NCBI RefSeq assembly: GCF_009834535.1
Contig: NC_045697.1
Span: forward strand, 38,256,001-38,320,000
Direction: 5' to 3'
DNA from: Camelus ferus
Lineage: Eukaryota
Length of the DNA stretch: 64,000 nt
In this document: positions 41,856 through 53,835 of the stretch, piece by piece
Position numbering within the stretch: the first letter of the stretch is position 1
Layout: each line of letters opens with the position of its first letter
Notes under the pieces: generated by a model
The model's input: the letters and a program-made list of their open reading frames with translations, nothing else
Told to the model about the DNA's origin: nothing
Databases searched by the model: none
Position numbers and translations under genes: made by a program

Positions 41856-42759
41856 TATGTTGCTTCCCAAGCCTACTTTTTGCAGACGACTATAGTAATG
41901 TAGAGAAATATTCACTGAAATACTACCATGTTCCTACTATGCACCTTTGGGCTAAATAATTAACCTGTGCCTCCATTTTCTAATCTTTAAAATAAGGATA
42001 ATAAAGATTCCTACATCATAGGACTGAAGTAGTTAACACATGTAAAGTGCTTAGAATAGTCCATAGGACATAAGTGAACTGGTATGAGTTCTAGGAACTG
42101 GGAACACATCAGTGAACAAAACAGACAGAAGCCCTTGTCTTCATAAGCTTCATTCTAGAGGAAAGGAAAGAACAAGTAAACAAACAAATAACATATATAT
42201 GTATGTTAGCGATACATGTATATCCGATGTAATGCCATAGTATTTCAGGATGTAATAAGAACCATGAAGAAAAACAAAGCCAAAATGGAAAATAAAGGAT
42301 GCTAGGCTGGGGCACTATTTTAAATAGTGCTCTTATGGAAGGCCTCATTGGGGTAACTTTTGAGCAAGTTGAAGTCCTGGTGGGCAGGGAAAGCAGGATC
42401 TTGTAGGTCATTGTAAGAAGTTGGGCTTTCACTCTGAAGCTACTGGAGGGTTCTGAGCAAAGGGTAACATGATATGGTTCATGCTTTTAAAAGGATCTCT
42501 CTGGCAGCTGTGTTAAGAATAAGCTGTAGGGAGATAAGCAGTAATTCAGGAGGGACAAGCTATTGGCAATAATCAAGGAGAGAGTAGTAACAGAGATGGT
42601 GAGAGGTGATCAGATTCTGGATATACTCTAAAGGTAGAGCCAATGCGATTTCTTGAAAGATTGGATTTAGAATGTGAGAGAAAGAGAGTAGTCAAGGACT
42701 AGCAGCTGAAAAGAGAGAGAGAACATGAACTCAAACGGAGAAAACTCAAGAAGAAACAG

Positions 42760-45700
42760 TGCTTGGAAATCTTTCCTGCATCATATTAAATTATTTCAGG
42801 CTCACCTCTTTCTTATTCCAAGTGTTGCTACAGTGACCAATTCTATGCAGGCATCAACCAGCTTCTCTCAATATTCCAGCACCTTGCCTCTCTCACTCCC
42901 TACCTATACCATGGGACACTGCAAGAACCAGCCCTCCTTGCACATGTGCAACGAGAAGCATGATGTGCAACCTTGACTGATGGCAGATAGGAGACAGTGG
43001 ATAAATGCTTTCCTCTTTGCCCTTCACTCCAGGACAGAATTCTGAGACACATTTCATAAGGCTTCTCGGAAGGTACCACAGCACCAATCAACAAATTGCC
43101 CGTGGCATTTGTCAACTCAATAATGCATCCAGCCATTGGCTTTTCTGCCTTCTCTATCTTGTTTCCCCTGACCCCCTTATTCTTTTCCCTGAACTCATTT
43201 TCTCAAATAAAGTACCAGCACATAAGTCTTTTTTGGAGGTATATTTCTTATAAAGCATTTGCACATTACTTGGCACATAGTAAATACTCAATAAATGGCA
43301 GTTACCATTTACATGCAGGTTGTTTAGAAGATTAAATTGGGTAGGTTTATGTTCCCCTTTAGGGAAACTCTGGGAATCAAAAGTGACTCCAGGAAGCAGT
43401 ACCAGTATGGAATTTTGGAGGCTGATCCTACAACACTGATCATAAGATAATAAGGACACTGGCTGGGTAAATCGCAGGTGGTAATAACCCCTGGCATACA
43501 CTATTACCAACGCTCTCCACTGTAGTAGGTTAGAACGAGGTGCAGACGGAAAATAAAGCACTGAATTATATAGCGGCTATGGGTCTTGAGCATTATGGAA
43601 GCAATGGTAATTATCAGATGGGCTGACTTCTGTTAACTGCTTTGGAGATCTGAACAAAAGAAAATGGCAGGCTCTGTTTAGCCAACAATCAAGTCATGGC
43701 AAACTGTGAAAGCCAGAAACCTCTAAGGCAGAAGAGCCACTGAGAAGACCGTGCTAAAAATCAGCTCCAATATAGAATCATTAGAGTGGCAGAGCTGCAA
43801 AGGAGTCTAAATGCACAGCCTTAAAAATACCACCCATGTCAAAGCTAGAGCCTTGACAGGAAAAGAATGGAACCTTAAGATCTAGAATGGGGGCATTTGT
43901 GTGTACATGCCTTATAACCTTAAATCCCCAGATTTCTTTGTCATCCTCTTTGCCAGCAGTCTCCTTTTTCTTGATAAAGGAAAACAGCCTCTACTTGTCT
44001 GGAAATACTGCAAAGAATATATTTGAGGCAAGTGCCCTATTTATGACCTTATTTTCCCCAATATCCTACCTAGTCCAACCCTCATTACCTCAAGCCCAGA
44101 ACCAGAGCTTGAGCACAATCCATGTGGAGACTACAAGCCCTGCTCCAGGGAGAACTAGACCAGGGTTCCTCAGTTTCAGCGCTAGTGACACGTGGGGCTG
44201 GATAATTCTTTGTTATGGAGGGCTGCCTTAAGTGTTGTAGGTTCTTAAGCAGCATCCCTGGCTCTACTCACTAGATGTTAGTAGAATCCTCTTGGTAATG
44301 ACAACCAAAAATGTCTCCAAACATAACCAAATGTCCCCTGGGAGTCAAAAAAATCACCCCTGTTGAGAACCACTGAACTATAGATGAACTCAGGAAGAAT
44401 TGCAAAATTGTCTAACATGAACCAATAGGAACCAGGGGATTACATGTGACAGTGAATATTTAGAGTGCTAAACCAGAGGAATCAGGTTATAAGGCTGACT
44501 AGGGGAGAATTTATGACATGGGGCCATTTACCTGTGATTCTGGATTTAGTATTTTGGCAAGGACACCTGGAGTCAGTCCTAACACAAAGCCTTACTGTGT
44601 CCTTAGAGCTTGGATACAATAATGGCCCATGCTAAACGAGATGTTAGAACAACTCTGAATGAGTATTGAGAAAGGAAACACAAGATTCAGGAGAGCAGGA
44701 CTGTTAGAATGAATTTATTATGGGAAACAAAAGAACCATCAGAATACGTTTCCCAGAAGTAAGGATGTTGGATGAACTTACTGTGAAGCTGAAGCACCTA
44801 TCAGTTGGATCTGTTGCCCAGAAGTGTTGTGATGAGAGCTGCCTGATGCTCAGACCGTTTGTTCCCACCGATCTAATGGTGCTGGAGGGATCTATGATGG
44901 ATAAGAGACTGGTGTGAAATTGTTGGAAAGTCCCCAGTAAGAGGGTTGTAGCACAGATCCTTAGTGTTCTGCAAGGCCATGCCTGAGGCAAAGAACTATT
45001 CTCCCCTGGGGATGCTAGAGCTACCTTCTCTTGAGCTGGATATTGCCAGATCCACTAAGTCACAAGTGCATGAGTACACCAGTAATTTACTGAAGTATGT
45101 AAATGGTACAGGACAGAGCCTGAGCAGGTGCAGAAGACACAAGTAAATTACACAAATGGGTGACTCAGTCTCCCATGGCACTTCTGTAGCGCTAACATCT
45201 CTTCCCCAACTCACTCCTACGGCCTCTTAGAGTTCCCTATGACTATCTCAGAACAAAAAGTCTGAGTCTGGTTCACAGATGTATTGGCACATTCTGTTGG
45301 TATATAGGCAAAACTGGACTGCTGTGGCACATCGCTGCACTCAGGGATAGCTTTAAAGAACAAAGGTGAAGGGAAATCTTGCCAGTTGGCAGAGCCTGGA
45401 GCAGCAGTCTCCATTGTCCGCTTTTTTTTTTTTTATATAGAGGAAGTGGCCTGAAGCACAAGTACTTACAGACTTCAGGGTTTGTCCTTCTTGCCTGAAG
45501 CAACTCTGCCAACATCCATTATCACCAGAATTATAGCATTCCTGATCAGCATTACCTTAACCAAGGAATATATTTTATAGCCAAAAAAAAAAAGTTGACA
45601 GTATACAAATGATCATAGAATCCACTGACAGTGCCATATCCCTCATTGCTCAGAAGCAGCCAGACATAAAAATGGCAGAATGGTTTGTTATAGGCTCAGC

Positions 45701-47010
45701 TAATGTGCCTGCCTGGGGCTGGGATGGGAGTGTTGTCCTACAGGATGTGGTAAATACTCAAAACCAGCCAATAAAGAGTGCCCCTAACAGCTAAAGGCAT
45801 GGCTCCAGAAAGCCAGGAATGGGAGCAGGATTGGCCCATTTTATCATCACTCCCAGTGACTCATGCACGGAATTTGTGTTTCCTGCCTCTCAAATTTAGG
45901 CTTTGCTAGATTACAATAATTAGCTCCCCTGGGGTAGGGTGGAGGATGCTTCATTAAACTTGAAATTCCCTCTCATTTGATTACTTTAGGCTTCTCATGG
46001 CAGTAGACCAGCCAGCAAAGAGAGGAGTTACTACTCTGGTGGGAGTAATCAATTGTGATTAGAAAAAGGATCTGGGATTGTTGCTACAAAATAGTAGCAA
46101 CAATAGAGAGGAATAAATCTGGAATCCAAAGAATTCAACTGGGGCTACTTCTGTATCCAGGGATAAGGTGAACAGGCAATTACACAATCGTGACCCAACC
46201 AGAGCAAGGAAAATAAAAGCTGAAGTTTCAGGTTACCTCATTGAGGAAACAACCTAGTTTAGCTGATGTGCTGGCCAGGGGTGAAGGGAGGTTACAATGG
46301 GTAGTAGAGGAGGGAGAGAGTTACTGAAAACAGTTGTGGTCTTGGCATCAGTGTAGCAGCAGGGATTTTCGCTTATTCCAATAACTCTCTTACATTAGTC
46401 ATTGCAGAGTTTATGGGCAGCTATCACCTTGCAGGGGACTCTGTGAAGGACTAGACTTAACAAAGGGCCAAGTGGTACAAAGAGTGGACTGAAACAGATA
46501 CCACCTGTCTGCCTTCTGTCACCAGTTCTAATCCTTTCAGCCTCTTATTCCAACCAATGCTGCGACAACCTGTTCTGAACAGAGTTTGATGAACTTTGGG
46601 CAAAGACAACATGACTGCACCTCCCCTCTTACTTCCTGCCTCAGGACTTCTCTGATGTAGGAGTCAGCTTGGCATTCACAACTGTGCATTTCCAAAGTGT
46701 AGAGTAGTTAATGGCCAGGGGCATTACCCTTTGATTAAAGGTGGATAGGAGCTGACAGATAAATGCTTCTTCCACTCTGGCTTTCAGTGGACAGTTCTGA
46801 GACTCATCTCATGAAGCTTCTCAGAAGGTCCTACGGGATCAAGAAAATATTCAGACATGGTGATGACCAACTCAATTATACATCCTTATACTGCCTCTTC
46901 CTTACTTCCTCTCCCCTTCTCTCACTATTGATCCCTGGGATCAAAGCCCCAAATAAAATACTGCACATAAGCCTTTGTTTTAGCCTCTACTTTGTGGGGA
47001 ATCCAGGAAG
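42760..47010 (+). mobile_element. Ancient ERVL provirus remnant: two LTR16-like LTRs plus a degenerate internal region
   Basis: Homologous LTRs at ~42760-43370 and 46490-47010; PPT-like aagagtggac before TG at 46490; pol remnants LRPFVPTDLMVLE, FCKAMP..NYSP and WFTD...GEGKSCQLAE. Confidence 0.7.
44161..44375 (+). mobile_element. MER20 hAT DNA transposon nested in the ERVL
   Basis: Terminal repeats CAGGGTTCCTCA ... TGAGAACCACTG; internal ggctggataattctttgtt and gacaaccaaaaatgtctcca; imperfect 8-bp TSD aactagac/aactatag. Confidence 0.8.
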
Positions 47011-48399
47011 GGAGGGGAGAGAGAATTTAATTTTCAGACACACAAGTTTGAGATGCCTAATAGACATCCAAGTGGAAATGTTGGGGAGGCCATAGACACA
47101 CAAATTTGGAGTTCAGGGAAGAAATCCAGGCCTCTGAAAAGCAACTCACTTCCCAACTTTGAAAAGGGCTATAAACATACAGGTTTGAAAAAAAAAAAAA
47201 AGATAATAGGACAAAATAGCACAGGCATTGTGATATAAAGATTGTCCACAGTAAGTGTTCTGGGACTGAGCAGGAAGGACCTAAGAGGTCTTTGTAAAGA
47301 AAAGATTAGGTCAAATTCTGTTTTTAAAAGGGAAGTCAATGAAACTGAAAAGCATATCAAGTAGCATTGACTAGAGTATATTGATCTCAGAGGCAAACAG
47401 GTCCCTACTATTTCTGCTGCTTTTTCCACCAAATTATTTCTTCAGATAAACACTGAAAGATACTTTGCACAGCTCATTTTCCCCTTTCTCAGTGAATCCA
47501 TCTTGACAGAGTGAATTATTCCCATAGTACGTCATCTCTTTCTTTTACTTTTGTTGTTTCGTTTACCACACTAGACTGTCATTCATCCTTCTATTTAATT
47601 CTGTCTCCCCAGTGACAGTGTGCCCCCTTCTTATGAGATCCCTGTCTTTGTACCTCCAGCACCTAACATGGTGCCGGCACTAAGGTGGTACTGTTTCTCG
47701 AATGCTTGCATGAAGTGGTCCCTGCAGAACCCTTGCAAAGGACTGTGTTGAGCCACAGCAAAGAAATTGCTCCTTTGAATTACCAGCACATTTATCGGAC
47801 CTGTACCTCTCTTTGGTCACATATTTTGCCTTATTTTATATGCATTTGCATGTATATCTTGTTTCGCCCTTCCATACCATGAACTTCTTCAGGCCTGAAT
47901 CACCTCTGCACCTCCATCAAAGTGTCTGGCATAAAACAGGTGCCAAGAATATGTACTCAATAAATCAATTGCCTTGCAACCAGCAACACTGGCATCATCT
48001 GTACTTCTCAAACTTAAAAGTACATAGGCGTCACCTTGTTAAGAGGTAGATTCCCAGCCGAAAAGGCTGCATTTTCCAAAGAGCCCCCAGATTATGCCCA
48101 AGCAGCTGGTCTGCAGGCCACATTTTAAAATATCAACGTCACTACATCAGTGGTTCACGACCGTAGCTGCATATTAGACTCTTTCCCGGAAGATATTAAA
48201 AGTGTCTGGGACACCCTCCCCTTACGCCGAGATTCTGATTTACCTCATTTAAACTCTCCATACTATAAGTAGGAAGGATCTAGAGTTAACCGAGCTTTAC
48301 GTGTGCAACAGAAAACATTTAACAGGATCGCTTCTTAAATGAGTTGCTGAAAATAGCTGAATAAATAACTCTCGTAAAGAAAGATGCAGCACCGAGCTC

Positions 48400-48970
48400 C
48401 CAGGTCGGAGGCAGGCTAGGTGCGATGAGGCCCTGCCCCTGCCTGTCCTTGACACGCCCCTCGGGCGAGACCTGCCCCGCCCCCCCAACCTCGTCCAGGC
48501 CAGCGGCGTCTCCTTCCTTCTCTACGCGGCGGACTTCCGGCGCGGAGGCTTGTCACGTGGCCGGATATGGGAAGTGGTGGCGGAACCGCGGCTTCCCGAT
48601 CGCTGCTCAATTGTGGGGCGCATCCTAGGAGCGGTGGCCGCCCTAGCCCTGGGCTGTCTCGGTCTAGGAGGACCCGGCTCGGCACGGCAGGGCTCAGTCC
48701 GGCCTCGCGGTAAGCCTTCAGCCGCGGCTGCCCCGTAGTCCTGGCGGCGGCGGACAGACGAGCGGACAGGTGGACGCCGAGGTCTGAGGCGGCTCCCCGG
48801 TCCCGCTGCTGGCTCAGCGGCCGGGGTCGGTACCGCTGCCTCTGCCGTCGCGCCCCCTTCTCTTCCCTGCCTGTCTGGGTAAGACGCAGAGTCCGGGCGG
48901 AGCACCCCCGACCCCTTGCTGTCCTGGGGGCTGGGAGGGCAAGCCTTTCACATCCCTTTCCGGTCCCGCC
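48400..48970 (+). promoter_or_regulatory. EXOC1: CpG-island promoter and non-coding first exon of EXOC1
   Basis: Densest CpG/GC-rich segment of the window. GC box 48474-48483, ETS ACTTCCGG 48533-48540, E-box GTCACGTGG 48552-48560; GTAAG donors at 48710 and 48879. Confidence 0.85.
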
Positions 48971-51669
48971 CATAGGAACCAGATTTCACTGTAAAAACTG
49001 GCCTAGATCAGTTAACTCTGGCATAGACCAGGAGAAGGGGCGTGGCAGTGCCTTCCCCTTCTTTGTTCAATTTCACATTTTATTGTCAGTCTCTTAAGTG
49101 AATTTCCCTGTCTCCTTGCACCGTGTTATCTTCTGGAGGACAGTGCTCCGCGTGCTAAGATGTCTCTATAGCACACGAAGTCCAGCCAACACTCACTGAC
49201 ACGGCACTCCCACTGACAAGTTAGTTATCACACACTGTAATGATACAGCTAAATTTAAGGAAATAAGAACCAACATCGAGTATTGAGGCTGACTGCCTCT
49301 GGAATGTGGTCGGACTTGGGTGCTTAAACCTGGAAAACAGTTTTGGAGGATCTCTAATGATTTATTCACTGGCTTACCAAAAAGTACTGTAAAGAGTGGA
49401 GAGTTAATCACTGCACCCTTAGAATGCAGGTACCACTGGAGCGTGGATCATCCTGTCTTTGTGAACATGCCTGTCGTATTCACCAGTGTAACCTAGAACT
49501 GTGCCTGGTACTTAGTAGGCATCAATATTTGCTGAACGAATGGAGGGTCACATAGTGCGTTTCATTATGACAAACTCTTTAATGAGCTATGCCCAGTCCT
49601 CTCTCTTGTTTTACCACTTACCATACAGTCAGTCCTTGCATTGGACCAAAGAGGGACTGTGGTAGATGCTGGCTACTATTTAGTCATTCATTTAACTTGT
49701 GCCCTCAAGAGGTTTTGGGAAGTACCTGCTAAGAAAAAACACAGAACTGCTAGGACAACCCCCTCCACACCACCAAGCCACCGCCCTACAGCAGCCCCCT
49801 CTTTCAAGAGAGTTCTTGAGATCCAGGAACCTGTAGTTTCATGAACCAATTAGACAGCATTTGCTTGATTGTTTAGTAAATGCAGTAAGTGCCATAGAAA
49901 TTAAGAGGGATCAATTTGGATTAAGATCTTTATTAAATCAACTTCATATAAACCATGGAGTGTAATTAGGGTTTGGATAGGTAATATTCCCTGCATAGAA
50001 AAGCACCTAAGCAAAGGTTCAAAGACCAAAATGAACAGAGGGCTTGGGGAGTGGAGGGTTTGTATTTGGGAACATTAGGAAAATGTTGAGTAAGAGCATA
50101 TTGTGATGAAAGCTGTGTTTTAAAATTATTGTTCAGAGTTTTAGGATTGCGGAAGCTTGCAAAGAGAGAACTACATACCGTCATGTTAAATAGATATAGT
50201 TGATGTGAACCTGGTTAGTGTGTTGGCAGTGGGAACAGAAACTTGAGGGGAAATTAATAGAATGCTTTAGTTCTCATGTTTTTTGATGCTGTCATTTTGG
50301 TTAATTTATTAAATGCCTACTATGTTTTTGCCAAGTTCTAGAAATACAAAGATGAATGAGATATGGTTCTTGCCTGCAAGGAAATACTTTGAATGGGAGA
50401 GAGACTACAACTAGCTGAACAATATGATTTGTAAGTGCTGTATTAGCAGAGTAGAGGGGAAATTTTAGAGAAGTAGAAAAGAAATTATCTTTTTTAAGTG
50501 TGTGACTACTTCACAGCAGAGGTGACATTTTAGCAGGATCTTGAGGATGAGTTGGAATTTCCCAAGGAGAAAAGAATTTCAGGAAGAGGAAATTGCATGA
50601 ACAAAAGCCTGAGACAAAAGCAAACTGGCCAGTATCCAGTGTGGCTTGGGCATAGGATAGATTCAAGCTTTTTGCACAAGTGTGAAGGCCCTAGAACTTA
50701 TTAAGAGATGGTAACATGGACATTTTATAACAGGTGAAATGGAGATTAAGATGGTAACAATGTAGAGATGAGGGAGAAAGCAGGTGGGAACACTTGTACT
50801 TCATGCTTCTGTATTCTCTGCAGGGTAGAGGGTGAAGTTGTTTGTGGAGGAGGCTGACAGTAGAGCTGGGGGCTGAAGGAGAGAAATGAGGATTTGCAAC
50901 ACCGATGGGGAGTAGAGAAGGAATCATCAAAGGAAACATTAAAGAATTGCTGAGCAACATTGAAAGCTTAACTTTGATTGGATTTAAATATTTGTAATGA
51001 AGACAATGAAAATGGATGTGAGGCCTTCTTATGTGGCATATGGTAGCCCAAGAGAAGTGGAGGAAAATACAGTTTATGGAGACCGATGAACAGGCTGAAC
51101 TGGTCTACAGGAGTAATACCCTTGAAGGGGCTAGTGTGGGTGTAGGGAAATGAACACTGCTTCCAGGCTAAGGTGGAAAAGAAATTAAGCTTGGAGAGGC
51201 CAAATGGACTGAGAACAAGAAGGAGGGGGAGGTCAGAGGACCAGAGGCTGAGATGAAATGAAAGAGGGATGGAAGTGGGAAGATGGGATTTTTGTGAGGA
51301 AAGCAATTTTTTTGAATTGCAGCAGAGATAAAAGTTTTAATGATTGAGTAAAACATAGGAGATGCCTAGTTTACAAAAATGTCATTGTGTTATAAAAATT
51401 CATTCTGTCATTTGTTTAAAACTCATAATTTCTTCATTTTCCATAAGAACAGTGTTAGAAGTAAATTTCTTCAGCAACCTCACATGTATGAAATACTATT
51501 CACTTGCATTGGAAAAAAAATATATATATACACACACACAAATATCTATACAGTATATTCAAAAAATAAAATTGAAAGATTTTTTTGGAAATATTTAACT
51601 TAAGTTGATATTTGGAAAAAAACATTGAATTAGGTGAGGAAAAGGAGACAAGTGGAAACCCATTTTCTT

Positions 51670-52545
51670 ATAACAGCTTTATTGCAATGTAAGTAATATA
51701 CCAGAAAATTCACCCTTTTCAAGTATATAAGTCAGTGGTTTTTTTAAGAATATTCACAAGGTTATACAGTCATCACTGCTGTCTAATGCAAGGACATTTT
51801 CATCACCCCAAAAAAGAAAACCCATTCCCATTAGCAGTCACTCCCCAATCTTCCTTCCCCCAGCCACTGGCAACCACAAATGATTCTGTCTGTATGGATT
51901 TGTCTACTGTGGACATTTCATATAAATGAAGTCATAAAGCATGTGGTCCTTTGTAACTGGCTTCTTTCAGTTAGTGTAATGTTTTCAGGACTCATCAATG
52001 TTGTAGTGTGTATCAATCCTTTGTTCCTTTTTATGGCCAAATAATATTCCACTGTATAGATATATTTCATTTTGCTGTTCCTCAGGACATTTGAGTTGTT
52101 TCAACTTTTTGGCTATTATGAATCATGCTATTGTGAATATTTACGTACACATTTTTGTGTGGACATATGTTTTCATTTCTCTTGAATATATACCTAGGAG
52201 TGGAATTTCTCAATCATATGATGATTCCATGTTTAAGTTTTTGAGAAACCATCAAACTTTTCCAAAGTGGCTGCATCATTTAACAGTCACCAGCAAAATA
52301 CAAGTGTTCCTTTCTCTCTGCACCTTTACCAGCACTTGCCTTTTTAATTTTAGCCATCCTAGTAGGTGTAAAGTGGTAGGTATCTTGTGTTTTTGATTTG
52401 CGTTTCCCTAAGGGCAAATGATGTTGAGCATCTTGCCATGTGCTTATTGGCCATTTGTATGTCTTCCATGGAGAAATGTCTATTCAGATCCTTTGCTCAG
52501 TTTTTAATTGGGTTTTTTATCTTTTTATTGTTAATTAGTGAGAGT
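51670..52545 (-). mobile_element. Old L1M 3' fragment, antisense in EXOC1 intron 1
   Basis: Reverse-strand ORF2 end and 3'UTR (gagaaatgtctattcagatcctttgc, tatatacctaggagtggaatt). Confidence 0.8.
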
Positions 52546-52864
52546 TCTTATATAGGAAATTCATATTTAAAGATTGAGCATGGGTTCTTTAATTTTTTTC
52601 ATAAATCTTTTTTTTTAACATTATAATATTTGGTAAGCACTTCCAAAGATTTTAGAGTTTAATAACACTGGTTCTCTTATTTCTCTTCCAAACATACAGC
52701 TTTTTATTTTTGCGATGTATCTGTATTAATGTATTACATCATTCATCTATGCTCATTAGCCATAACTAAGATCATTTTTTAATCTTAAATGGAATACTGT
52801 AAGATAGAACGATTTTAAGAATGAGTTTGATATCTATACTCTGAATTTTTTCAGCTGAGTAAAG

Positions 52865-52988
52865 ATGACAGCAATCAAGCATGCATTACAAAGAGACATT
52901 TTTACTCCAAATGACGAACGCCTGCTGAGTATTGTCAATGTCTGCAAAGCAGGGAAAAAGAAAAAGAACTGTTTTTTGTGTGCCACAG
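52865..52988 (+). CDS. EXOC1: Exocyst complex component 1 (Sec3), first coding exon (exon starts at 52855)
   Basis: [21 protein letters not shown] is the EXOC1 N-terminus; acceptor tttcAG; in-frame TGA 9 nt upstream of the ATG; donor CAG|GTGGGT. Confidence 0.97.
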
Positions 52989-53704
52989 GTGGGTATTTAG
53001 TAAAGAAAAGTTCTTGTTTGGCATTTTTTTGTTCTTTTATTCCCTAGGGGACATTTTCTTGTTACTTAAAATATTCTCATTGTCTCTATCATTGGAAAAA
53101 CTGTTGGGCCAACAAATTCATCTTTTTCAATTATCTTTAATTAAATCTTAAGTAGATACAAAAGCATTTCTATAATATATGTATAAGGTGTGGACACTTG
53201 TGTACCCATCACCCAGGATAAGAATACTGCCGTGACTTCTGAAGTGTCCTGTATGCCCCGCCCTGATCCCATTCCCCTCCCTCCCTCATTAAGAGGTAAT
53301 TAGTATCCAAAACTTTAGTATTTCCTTGCTTTTCTTTATCATTTTATCACATTTATTTGTAACCTTGAATAATACATTGTTAGATTTGCATGTCTTTGAA
53401 CTTTACGTAAATTGAATTGTAGCGCATGTATTCATTTGTGACTTTGGCCCAAATTTTTTTCTTATTGTTGAGTTTTAAGAGTTTAACTTTTCAAGGAATC
53501 TGCCTCTGACACTCTATAGTCTGATTTAGATTCTTCCATTGTATTCTGTGTATTCCTCAATCATAGCGTTTGTTTTGAAACATTATTCCAGTTTTAGTAT
53601 CACGTACAGGCACCTGACAGCTATATTTGCAATGGGTGAATGAATAAATGAAGCATGAGTAAATGAATAATGTTTCTAATGAAAATGTGTGTTTTATTCA
53701 ACAG

Positions 53705-53835
53705 TGACAACTGAACGCCCTGTGCAGGTGAAGGTGGTCAAAGTCAAGAAATCTGATAAAGGAGATTTCTACAAAAGGCAGATTGCCTGGACCCTTCGAG
53801 ACCTTGCTGTGGTAGATGCCAAGGATGCCATTAAA
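53705..53835 (+). CDS. EXOC1: EXOC1 coding exon 2 (131 nt)
   Basis: [16 protein letters not shown]...KDAIK; AG/GT boundaries, phase 1 to 0. Confidence 0.97.

Noticed and set aside
48297..48973. Overlapping Arg/Gly/Pro-rich ORFs (up to 185 aa) on both strands
   Set aside because: Expected from stop-codon depletion in a CpG island; no recognisable domain.
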